Shown here piece by piece: positions 26,501-37,200 of a stretch of DNA of 64,000 bases (the first letter of the stretch is position 1; each line of letters starts with the position of its first letter). The notes beneath the pieces are model-generated. The model had not been told where the DNA came from. It saw only the letters and a program-made list of their open reading frames with translations, and searched no databases. The stretch comes from Macrostomum lignano (Eukaryota). The translations under genes and the position numbers were made by a program. Location: contig NIVC01003363.1 of the NCBI GenBank assembly GCA_002269645.1, positions 1 through 64,000 of the forward strand, read 5' to 3'.

Positions 26501-28428
26501 CAGATCCTCAGTTGCCAGGCCAGCCTCCCATATCCTCAGCTGCTAGGCCAGCCTCCCAGATCATCAGTTGCTGGGCCACCAGCCTCCCATATCCTCAGTT
26601 GCTAGGCCAGCCTCCCAGATCCTCAGTTGCTAGGCCAGCCTCCCATATCCTCAGCTGCTAGGCCAGCCTCCCAGATCCTCAGTTGCCAGGCCAGCCTCCC
26701 ATATCCTCAGTTGCTAGGCCAGTCTCCCAGATCCTCAGTTGCTGGGCCAGCCTCCCATATCCTCAGTTGCTGGGCCAGTCTCCCAGATCCTCAGTTGCTA
26801 GGCCAGTCTCCCAGATCCTCAGTTGCTAGGCCAGCCTCCCATATCCTCAGTTGCTGGGCCAGCCTCCCAGATCCTTAGTTGCTAGGCCAGCCTCCCATAT
26901 CCTCAGTTGCTGGGCCAGCCTCCCAGAACCTTAGTTGCTGGGCCAGCCTCCCAGATCCTCAGTCGCTGGGCCACCAGCCTCCCAGAACCTTAGTTGCTGG
27001 GCCAGCCTCCTAAATCCTCATTTACTAGTCAATCTGAGTCACTTACTCGTGGATTAATGCTCTAAAGCTTAGTCCTGTAACGCATCTTTCGGGGGGGGGG
27101 CGTAGCCTAGTTGTCTAGCGTGGCATTCTGGTGTGCCAGCGTCCCAGGCTCGATTCCAAGTGCAGTCATTAATTTGGGGCTAAATTTGAATCCCAAGGCA
27201 CAATAAAGTGTACATACCTAACGACAAATAAAGTTACGGCCGCTGTACACTCATGTGAGTGCGTGCCTGTGCGTATCCGCGCACTTGTGTGCCTGCTCAG
27301 GGGAGTCGGTAGAATGGGCAGTAATGCCTCTCGCCGGCTGTGTCCTGTGTGACAATGTCGCTTAAAGAATGCACCTCCCGTCGCTGCCAGATCTGCATGA
27401 ACGCAGTCGGCCTGCTTGGCGACCTCTGCCGCGCCCTCGGCGAGCGCATCGCTCCCTACACTGACGAGATCTTCGTCATCCTGGTGGAGCTGCTCAGCTC
27501 GCAGGCCGTCGACCAGAGCGTGAAGCCCAGCGTGATCAGCGCCTTCTCCGACTTCTCCCTGGCTCTGGGCCCGGGCTTCTTCAAGTTCCTGGAGATCGTC
27601 ATCAACACCCTGCAGCAGGCCAGCCAGGCCCAGGTGGACGTGAGCAACCCGGACCAGGTGGACTACCTGAACGAGCTGCGCGAGGCCTGCCTGGAGGCCT
27701 ACACCGGCATTGTGCAGGGCCTGAAGGGCAACGGGCCGACTCCGCACACTCAGGAGCTGCGCTCCATCCAGCCGGCTGTGCAGCCCATGCTGCACTTCAT
27801 TGCCATGGTTGCCCGCGACCCCGTCTCCACTGACGAGGTGCTCGGCTGCGCCTGCGGCCTGCTGGGGTGAGACTTGAGCTGTTGAGAAATTTCCTGTTGG
27901 ATAGAGGGGCTCTGTTCTGTCAGTTTCCTGACCTATATCTGGATCTCAGTAGATAAGCTAATATTGCCAGTAGATATTGCTCAGATTGTCAGTAGATAAG
28001 CTCAGATTGTCAGTAGATAAGCTCAGATTGTCAGTAGATAATCTCAGAGGCACATTGTCAGTAGATAAGCTTATATTGCCAGTAGGTAAGCTCATATTGC
28101 CAGTAGATAAGCTCATATTGCCAGTAGATAAGCTCAGATTGTCAGTAGGTAAGCTCAGCTTGTTTACACAGATAAGCTTGATTACACAGAAGATAAGCTG
28201 GTTTACTTTGCAACTCAGCGGCTGGTCTCAGTGAGCCTCAACTCCCCTGTCCGCCATCGCAGCGACCTGGTGACCGCCTACGGCGCCGACCTGCTGCCCG
28301 CCGTCAGCGAGGACGTTTTCAGCGCCATGCTGCAGAAGTGCCGCCGCAGCAAGGTGTCAAAGGCGAAGACCCTGGCCGTGTGGACCACCAAGGAGATTCG
28401 CAAGCTGAAGAACCTGCAGACGGCCTGA
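11561..28428 (+). CDS. KPNB1: Importin subunit beta-1, complete, 11 coding exons: 11561-11600, 15035-15093, 15176-15358, 16936-17130, 18898-19200, 20051-20412, 22542-22856, 23196-23432, 24558-24902, 27391-27866, 28263-28428 (~893 aa once a 1-nt deletion in exon 7 is corrected)
   Basis: Exons translate colinearly to importin-beta motifs ([23 protein letters not shown]-like [85 protein letters not shown]). Phase-compatible GT/AG boundaries plus one GC donor. CCC vs CCCC at ~22583 (right arm has CCCC) explains the frameshift. AATAAA at 28438. Confidence 0.96.
13622..13851. mobile_element. hAT-type MITE (230 bp) in KPNB1 intron 1; mirror copy 42467-42695
   Basis: Imperfect TIR CAGGCGCCACAGAAC/CAGGCGCTGCGGAAC; 8-bp TSD GTCTTGGC. 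Confidence 0.85.
15625..16737. repeat. 74-bp minisatellite x~15 (KPNB1 intron 3); mirror 39655-40693 x~14
   Basis: TGTAAAAGATTTTCTAAGAAACGAAAAGCCGAGTATCTGATG.. units. Confidence 0.95.
17344..17560. mobile_element. MITE (217 bp) in KPNB1 intron 4; mirror copy 38833-39049
   Basis: 14-bp perfect TIR CATACATGCGCAAC; 8-bp TSD GTCATAAT. Confidence 0.85.
18352..18790. repeat. ~20-22-bp C-rich minisatellite (intron 4); mirror ~37600-38040
   Basis: CCCGATCCTCCCCATGGGAATCC variants. Confidence 0.92.
19551..20020. repeat. 25-bp minisatellite x~19 (intron 5); mirror 36366-36838
   Basis: CAATTGAATATCCAGGGTCCAGTCC units. Confidence 0.95.
20445..22492. repeat. 40-bp G-rich minisatellite x~50 filling intron 6; mirror 33703-35941 x~55
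   Basis: GGGTTGGGGATTGTTGGTGGGGCATGGGGATAATCCATGT units. Confidence 0.95.
22884..23190. repeat. 30-bp minisatellite x~10 (intron 7); mirror 33005-33310
   Basis: GAATCTCACTGTTTGCCACAAACGCCACCT units. Confidence 0.95.
23458..23698. mobile_element. hAT-like MITE (241 bp) in KPNB1 intron 8; mirror copy 32496-32737
   Basis: TIR CAGTGGCGGATCTAG / CAGGGGCGGATTTAG, internal GGGGCG motifs; TSD not preserved. Confidence 0.65.
24960..27010. repeat. ~28-32-bp minisatellite x~70 (intron 9); mirror 30040-31247 truncated by the gap
   Basis: GGCCAGCCTCCCAGATCCTCAGTTGCTA variants. Confidence 0.95.
27095..27168 (+). other. tRNA-like sequence (tRNA pseudogene or SINE head) in KPNB1 intron 9
   Basis: A-box-like TAGCCTAGTTG, B-box-like GGCTCGATTCC, TGGCA/TGCCA stem; the acceptor stem does not pair, so not a functional tRNA. 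Confidence 0.5.
27944..28200. repeat. 21-bp degenerate minisatellite (intron 10)
   Basis: GTCAGTAGATAAGCTCAGATT variants. Confidence 0.85.
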
Positions 28429-28437
28429 GCGCAGTTC

Positions 28438-28443
28438 AATAAA
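28438..28443 (+). terminator. Candidate poly(A) signal of KPNB1
   Basis: AATAAA 10 nt after the stop codon. Confidence 0.5.
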
Positions 28444-29233
28444 AGTTCCTTTCGCACCCGACTTCAGTTAGCAGTGACTGCTCAGTCCAAGCCTTCCCGC
28501 TCGCGTCAGCCCCGTCTCCACCCGCTGCTCACTCAGTTATGCACCCGTTTAGCTGCTCTACAGTCTGAAAGCTTCCATTCACTGTTTCTGTCCCTGTCTG
28601 TGTCTGGTCTGCCTGTCCGTCTGTCTGCATTTATTACTGACTCAATTAGCGGCCCGTAGCCCCGCTGCCTGCCTGCCTGTGTGGCCACCGTTCATCGCTC
28701 CGCCGCCCCCGCCTTTGCCGGCCAAGCACATTTTCTCTCTCTGAAAATGCCCATCTACTGGTTTATTTTTATTTTCCGAGTTTGCGTCTTCGTTATTTTC
28801 TCGGTTTTTAGTACCCCGTTATTATTATATTATTAGTATAAATTGTTAGAAATCAGAAATAATTTTTCAATTCTGTTCTCTACTTCGAATCGAATCCAAT
28901 TTGTCCTGAGCCGTCAGCACCGAATCCAGCTCGAATTTGCTGCGCCCTTGGTCTCTGCAAAACTGAATAATAAATATAATTGCCTCCGCTTCTAATCAAT
29001 AACAAATATTTAAGCGCGTATTTTGCTACAAAAATTAAAGTAACATCTCGTCATTCCCCAATTGAACTCCAGCTGCCTTGTGCGTGTCTGTTCAATTTTC
29101 CAGCTTTTCAACTTCGCAGTCTTTTAATAAGCAGTTCTGCGCGCTCCGCTGGCTCCTGAGCACACGCGCCAATACTGTATACAGGCATGTACTCATGCAC
29201 ACGCTCACTCAGGGTGTACAGCAGCCCTGACTT

Positions 29234-30039
29234 NNNNNNNNNNNNNNNNNNNNNNNNNNNNNNNNNNNNNNNNNNNNNNNNNNNNNNNNNNNNNNNNNNN
29301 NNNNNNNNNNNNNNNNNNNNNNNNNNNNNNNNNNNNNNNNNNNNNNNNNNNNNNNNNNNNNNNNNNNNNNNNNNNNNNNNNNNNNNNNNNNNNNNNNNNN
29401 NNNNNNNNNNNNNNNNNNNNNNNNNNNNNNNNNNNNNNNNNNNNNNNNNNNNNNNNNNNNNNNNNNNNNNNNNNNNNNNNNNNNNNNNNNNNNNNNNNNN
29501 NNNNNNNNNNNNNNNNNNNNNNNNNNNNNNNNNNNNNNNNNNNNNNNNNNNNNNNNNNNNNNNNNNNNNNNNNNNNNNNNNNNNNNNNNNNNNNNNNNNN
29601 NNNNNNNNNNNNNNNNNNNNNNNNNNNNNNNNNNNNNNNNNNNNNNNNNNNNNNNNNNNNNNNNNNNNNNNNNNNNNNNNNNNNNNNNNNNNNNNNNNNN
29701 NNNNNNNNNNNNNNNNNNNNNNNNNNNNNNNNNNNNNNNNNNNNNNNNNNNNNNNNNNNNNNNNNNNNNNNNNNNNNNNNNNNNNNNNNNNNNNNNNNNN
29801 NNNNNNNNNNNNNNNNNNNNNNNNNNNNNNNNNNNNNNNNNNNNNNNNNNNNNNNNNNNNNNNNNNNNNNNNNNNNNNNNNNNNNNNNNNNNNNNNNNNN
29901 NNNNNNNNNNNNNNNNNNNNNNNNNNNNNNNNNNNNNNNNNNNNNNNNNNNNNNNNNNNNNNNNNNNNNNNNNNNNNNNNNNNNNNNNNNNNNNNNNNNN
30001 NNNNNNNNNNNNNNNNNNNNNNNNNNNNNNNNNNNNNNN
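29234..30039. other. Assembly gap (806 N)
   Basis: Run of N directly visible; lies at the junction of the two inverted arms. Confidence 1.
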
Positions 30040-31293
30040 CTGGGAGGCTGGCCTAGCAACTGAGGATCTGGGAGGCTGGCCTAGCAACTGAGGATCTGGG
30101 AGGCTGGCCTAGCAACTGAGGATATGGGAGGCTGGTGGCCAGCAACTGATGATCTGGGAGGCTGGCCTAGCAGCTGAGGATATGGGAGGCTGGCCTGGAA
30201 ACTGAGGATCTGGGAGGCTGGCCTAGCAACTGAGGATCTGGGAGGCTGGCCTAGCAACTGAGGATCTGGAGACTGGCCTAGCAACTGAGGATCTGGGAGG
30301 CTGCCCAGCAACTAAGGTTCTGGGAGGCTGGCCCAGCAACTGAGGATATGGGAGGCTGGCCTAGCAACTAAGGATCTGGGAGGCTGGCCCAGCAGCTGAG
30401 GATATGGGAGGCTGGCCTAGCAACTGAGGATCTGGGAGGCTGGCCTAGCAACTGAGGATATGGAGGCTGGTGGCCCAGCAACTGATGATCTGGGAGGCTG
30501 GCCTAGCAGCTGAGGATATGGGAGGCTGGCCTGGCAACTGAGGATCTGGGAGACTGGCCTAGCAACTGAGGATCTGGGAGGCTGGCCCAGCAACTGAGGA
30601 TCTGGGAGACTGGCCCAGCAACTGAGGATCTGGGAGGCTGGTGGCCAGCAACTGAGGATCTGGGAGGCTGGCCCAGCAACTAAGGTTCTGGAAGGCTGGT
30701 GGCCCAGCAACTGAGGATATGGGAGGCTGGCCCAGCAACTGAGGATCTGGGAGGCTGGCCAGCAACTAAGGTTCTGGGAGGCTGGTGGCCCAGCAACTGA
30801 GGATATGGGAGGCTGGCCCAGCAACTAAGGTTCTGGGAGCTGGCCCAGCAACTGACACTCTGGGAGGCTGGCCAGCAACTGAGGATCTGGAGGCTGGCCT
30901 GGCAACTGAGGATCTGGGAGGCTGGCCTAGCAGCTGAGGATATGGGAGGCTGGCCTAGCAACTGAGGATCTGGGAGGCTGGCCCTAGCAACTGAGGATCT
31001 GGGAGGCTGGCCTAGCAACTGAGGATATGGGAGGCTGGTGGCCCAGCAACTGATGATCTGGGAGCCTGGCCTAGCAGCTGAGGATATGGGAGGCTGGCCC
31101 AGCAACTGAGGATCTGGGAGCCTGGCCCAGTAACTGAGGATCTGGGAGGCTGGCCTAGCAACTGAGGATCTGGGAGGCTGGCCTAGCAACTGAGGATCTG
31201 GGAGGCTGGCCCAGCAACTGAGGATCTGGGAGACTGGCAGTTCCACAGCTGACTGGCCAGCAAGCCACAAGAAACGGGAGCTGAATCGTCTAC

Positions 31294-34200
31294 CTGGGTT
31301 TCAGTAACGGAGCGCAGGCAGGAGAGCAGCACCGGCTTGAAGACCTCCATGTACTTGATGAAGTCCTCGCCAAGGCAATCCACCAGGGCGGCCATGGCCA
31401 GCAGGGCGTCCTCCTGCACGCCGCTCTGCTGCTCAGCCTCATCGTCGGCGGGCTGGCTGCTGCCTGCTGCTGCTGGGTGAGCATCCGGAGCAGCAGCTCC
31501 ATGACAGCGTCGGCAATGTTGGGCGCATCGTTGCGGTCGATCTTGTGCAGCACGGACTGCAGGGTGGCGCACAGCATGCTCTGCAGCTCGTTCAGCTGGG
31601 CCCGGTCGTGCGAGGTCTGCAGCTTGTCGGCCACGTCCTATACGGATGGTTGGAGAAAAATCACAATTCAATGATATTTATAGCTGCTACTGGATTGGCT
31701 ACTTGAAGTAGTTGGTGATTGGGTTCAAGCTGAATAAGTTTATCCGTGTGCCAAAAGTGGAGTCGAACCCGGTTGACACTGCCAGGACCATTTTCTGTCC
31801 TAATATAGATTCCAATTTCAAGCATTAGCTAGACTGAACAGAATTTTTTGTCCGCCATGCAAGATTTTTGCGCCACGCTCTATACTTGCTACTCACCTCG
31901 TATCAGTAGACAAACTCCGACATGCAAGTCGATTTTAATTTAACAGACTAACACTCAGTTTGGGACTTGCAGCGCGGCGAAATTGTTTTCCCCAGAACCC
32001 AGTCAACCCGATGCAAACGGTAACTAGGCCAAGAAATTTGCCAGGGTCACCTGCTTCGCCCAGAGTCCTTTCAGAATCGTTGCGGGTGAATAGAAAAGAA
32101 GTGACTCTTGACGACTCTAAAACGTCACGGTAAAAAGAGCCAAAAAGTCGTCATGGCGACGCAAGTGACTCTGGGGCGATACTGTTGTAATGACTCTGGG
32201 CCGTGGAGTCGTATCTGAGGCGAGCCAGAGTCGCCGTAGAATCACTGAATTGTGTCTAAAGCGCATCTGCGGCACTTAATGAACAACTCTATTTATTCTA
32301 CTTGAGTTAGTAGAAAGTTCAGCACGTTGATGCGCTCCTGACTCAACAGTCGCATCTCCATCATATTACCAGTCGTTTGAGTCGTTGGAAAGTCACACGA
32401 GTCGTACCAGAGTCGCTAGAGTCAGTGGTTAGTTTGCAATGACTCTTTAGCGACTGCTGGCACAATAACGTTTGCAACGGGCAACACAGCATACTCAGGG
32501 CGGATTTAGGGGGGGGGGGCGACCGCCCCCCCCCAATAATAGCTTGACCGAACATATTGTGCCCCCTAAACTTGATTCTTTGCCCCCAAACGCCTTTTTT
32601 GCGCCCCTAAGCTTGATTTTTCGCCCCCAAAAGCATTTTTTGCGCCCCCTAGCTTAAAAATTGGCGCCCCTTACACTCGTGTTGGCGCCCCAAACTTGGA
32701 CCGCCCCCCCCAAAATGAAACTCTAGATCCGCCACTGGGCTAATCATGTTCGCTGGCCTTGCCTGAATGCTCTTGAGCCGCTGCATCACAATAAGCGTGG
32801 TTTTCTGCAGGGTGGCGTAGCAGTCCCTGGGCGAGTGCTTCAGCATCTCCATCAGCGCGTGGTAGGCCGCGTTGCGCAGGTTGTGCTGCCCTGCCTCCTG
32901 CCGGTCCGTCGTCTCCAGCAGCTTGCCGACGATCGGCTCGAAGAAGCCGCTCAGGCAGTAGGTCTCCACCTGGGCGCTGCGGTTGTCCGACGTGCCGGCC
33001 TGGTGGTGAGATTCAGGTGGCGTTTGTGGCAAACAGTGAGATTCAGGTGGCGTTTGTGGCAAACAGTGAGATTCAGGTGGCGTTTGTGGCAAACAGTGAG
33101 ATTCAGGTGGCGTTTGTGGCAAACAGTGAGATTCAGGTGGCGTTTGTGGCAAACAGTGAGATTCAGGTGGCGTTTGTGGCAAACAGTGAGATTCAGGTGG
33201 CGTTTGTGGCAAACTGTGAGATTCAGGGGAGATTTGTGGCAAACAGTGAGATTCAGGGGGAGATTTGTGGCAAACTGTGAGATTCAGAGGGAGAATTGTG
33301 GCAAACAATGAGGTTCAGTCAAGCAGGGCCGCTTCACCTGGCTGACTGCCTGGTCGTAGGCGGCGGAGGCGAGGCTGCTGAAGGCCCAGCAGACGTTGGC
33401 AGCCACCCGCGGCTCGGCTCCGAGGCCCTCCACCAGGCCGTGCAGCAGCGGGTTGAGGAACTTCTCCTGCACCACCAGGCCAGGCAGGGTGTCCAGCACG
33501 CGGCCGATGGTCCAGGCCGAGGTGTCGCGGACAACATTTGACGGATCGCGCAGCAGCTCGATGATGACGGGCAGGGCGTTCTCAACCAGGCTGCGCAGGT
33601 TGTCGGGGTCCGGGCCCTCCAGGATGCAGCCGAACGACATCACGGCGGCGTCGCTGTAAAATAGTGGTGTCGGCGTGGAGAGCTCTAAGAATCCAAAGCA
33701 AACATGGATTATCCCCATGCCTGGCTTACAATCCCCAATCCACATGGATTATCCCCATGCCCCGCTAACAATCCCCAATCCACATGGATTATCCCCATGC
33801 CCCACCAACAATCCCCAACCCACATGGATTATCCCCATGCCCCGCTAACAATCCCCAATCCACATGGATTATCCCCATGCCCCACCAACAATCCCCAACC
33901 CACATGGATTATCCCCATGCCCCACCAACAATCCCCAACCCACATGGATTATCCCCATGCCCCTCAAAAACTCCCCAACCCACATGTATTATCTCCATGC
34001 CCCGCTAACAATCCCCAAACCACATGGATTATCCCCATGCCCCAACAATCTCCAACCCACATGGATTATCCCCATGCCCCGCTAACAATCCCCAAACCAC
34101 ATGTATTATCCCCATGCCCCGCTAACAATCCCCAAACCACATGGATTATCCCCATGCCCCACCAACAATCCCCAACCCACATGGATTATCCCCATGCCAC

Positions 34201-37200
34201 ACCAACAATCTCCAACCCACATGGATTATCCCCATGCCCCACCAACAATCTCCAACCCACATGGATTATCCCCATGCCCCGCTTCAATCCCCAAACCACA
34301 TGGATTATCCCCATGCCCCGCTAACAATCCCCAACCCACATGGATTATCCCCATGCCACACCAACAATCTCCAACCCACATGGATTATCCCCATGCCCCG
34401 CTAACAATCCCCAAACCACATGGATTATCCCCATGCCCGCTAACAATATGCAACCCACATGGATTATCCCCATGCCCACCAACAATCCCCAACCCACATG
34501 AATTATTCCCATGCCACACCAACAATCTCCAACCCACATGGATTATCCCCATGCCCCACCAACAATCTCCAACCCACGTGGATTATCCCCATGCCCCGCT
34601 AACAATCCCCAACCCACATGGATTATCCCCATGCCCGCTAACAATCCCCAAACCACATGTATTATCCCCATGCCCCGCTAACAATCCCCAAACCACATGG
34701 ATTATCCCCATGCCCACCAACAATCCCCAACCCACATGGATTATCCCCATGCCACACCAACAATCTCCAACCCACATGGATTATCCCCATGCCCCACCAA
34801 CAATCTCCAACCCACATGGATTATCCCCATGCCCCGCTTCAATCCCCAAACCACATGGATTATCCCCATGCCCCGCTAACAATCCCCAACCCACATGGAT
34901 TATCCCCATGCCACACCAACAATCTCCAACCCACATGGATTATCCCCATGCCCACCAACAATCTCCAACCCACATGGATTATCCCCATGCCCCACCAACA
35001 ATCTCCAACCCACATGGATTATCCCCATGCCACACCAACAATCCCCAAACCACATGGATTATCCCCATGCCCCGCTAACAATATGCAACCCACATGGATT
35101 ATCCCCATGCCCCACCAACAATCCCCAACCCACATGGATTATCCCCATGCCGCTCTAACAATCCCCAACCCACATGGATTATCCCCATGCCCCACCAACA
35201 ATCTCCAACCCACGTGGATTATCCCTATGCCCCGCTAACAATCCCCAACCCACATGGATTATCCCCATGCCCCGCTAACAATCCCCAACCCACATGGATT
35301 ATCCCATGCCCCACCAACAATCTCCAACCCACGTGGATTATCCCTATGCCCCGCTAACAATCCCCAACCCACATGGATTATCCCCATGCCCCGCTAACAA
35401 TCCCCAACCCACATGGATTATCCCCATGCCCACCAACAATCTCCAACCCACGTGGATTATCCCCATGCCCCGCTAACAATCCCCAACCCACATGGATTAT
35501 CCCCATGCCCCGCTAACAATCCCCAACCCACGTGGATTATCCCCATGCCCCACCAACAATCCCCAACCCACATGATTATCCCCATGCCCCGCTAACAATC
35601 CCCAACCCACATGGATTATCCCCATGCCCACCAACAATCCCCAACCCACATGTATTATCCCCATGCCACACCAACAATCCCCAACCCACATGTATTATCC
35701 CCATGCCCCACCAACAATCCCCAACCCACATGGATTATCCCCATGCCCCACCAACAATCCCCAACCCACATGTATTATCCCCATGCCCCACCAACAATCC
35801 CCAATCCACATGGATTATCCCCATGCCCCACCAACAATCCCCAATCCACATGGATTATCCCTATGCCCCACCAACAATCCCCAGCTAACATGGATTAACC
35901 CAACACCACACTGAATACCCACTAGAACACAGGGATTATCCCTAGTCCACAAGGATCATCTGGAGGCCACGCACCGGAAGCGCCAGTTCTCGGACCGGAT
36001 GTGGTCGTTGACGAAGGGCAACACGGCGCCCACGATGGCATCGCCGGCGCACTGGGCCAGCAGCATGAGGCAGACCGTGGCCGCCTTGCACGGGCCCCAG
36101 TCGTCCTCGTCGTCCTGCTCCTCCTGCCTGGTGAGGGTGGCGGTGAGAATGGGCACCAGGTAGGGCAGGGCGCCGCGGGCGTAGTGCTTGCTGCTGACGG
36201 TGGGCGGCAGGCCCTTCTCCTCGCTCTCCTGCTCGTCGATGGCCAGGTCGATCTCTTCCTCGCACACGGTGGACCAGAACTCGATGCCCTGCAGGGCCAC
36301 CTCTTCCACCTCGCTCTTCATCGCCTCGTAGGTGATCTGAGGTGTGGGGGATTTAGCGATTGGTTTGGACCCTGGATGTTTAATTGGGACTGGACCCTGG
36401 ATATTCAATTGAAACTGGACCCTGGATATTCAATTGAAACTGGACCCTGGATATTCAATTGAAACTGGACCCTGGATATTCAATTGGGACTGGACCCTGG
36501 ATATTCAATTGGAACTGGACCCTGGATATTCAATTGGGACTGGACCCTGGATATTCAATTGGGACTGGACCCTGGATATTCAATTGAAACTGGACCCTGG
36601 ATATTCAATTGGGACTGGACCCTGGATATTCAATTGGGACTGGACCCTGGATATTCAATTGGGACTGGACCCTGGATATTCAATTGGGACTGGACCCTGG
36701 ATATTCAATTGGGACTGGACCCTGGATATTCAATTGAAACTGGACCCTGGATATTCAATTGAAACTGGACCCTGGATATTCAATTGGGACTGGACCCTGG
36801 ATATTCAATTGGGACTGGACCCTGGATATTCAATTGAGACTGGAGTTTGAATTAAAAATTTAAAATGACAGATTTTTAGAGTCCATGTGATAAGCGAATG
36901 TTAGCAATTTAAAGATAAAACACGAATACAATAAAACGTGTAGCAGGTCAGAGTAGCGGGGAATAACAAATGAGAGTCTCAGCGGAAAACCCCGTTGTTC
37001 TCAGCCTGCAGAAGCAGCAAAATGGCTTTAATGTAGGAGACAGGTTTCATGCGCCGCAGATGCACTGCTCGGGTGGCTGGGGCACTTCTTTTAGTCTCCG
37101 ATTGCAAAATGACATTTTACTGTATTGCAATACTACTTACTATAAGTAGAAGAATACGGCTAAGATAATTGCAGCCAATGTACTCACGGCAAACAAGGCC

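Noticed and set aside
20445-27010. Regular arrays as CRISPR loci
   Set aside because: No unique spacers and no cas genes; they are eukaryotic intronic minisatellites.
24960-27010. Alu-like look of CAGCCTCCCA..GCTGGG
   Set aside because: Short coincidental similarity; no Alu structure, and the organism is not a primate.
29187-30087. ORFs of ~290 aa across the gap
   Set aside because: Artefacts of translating N.
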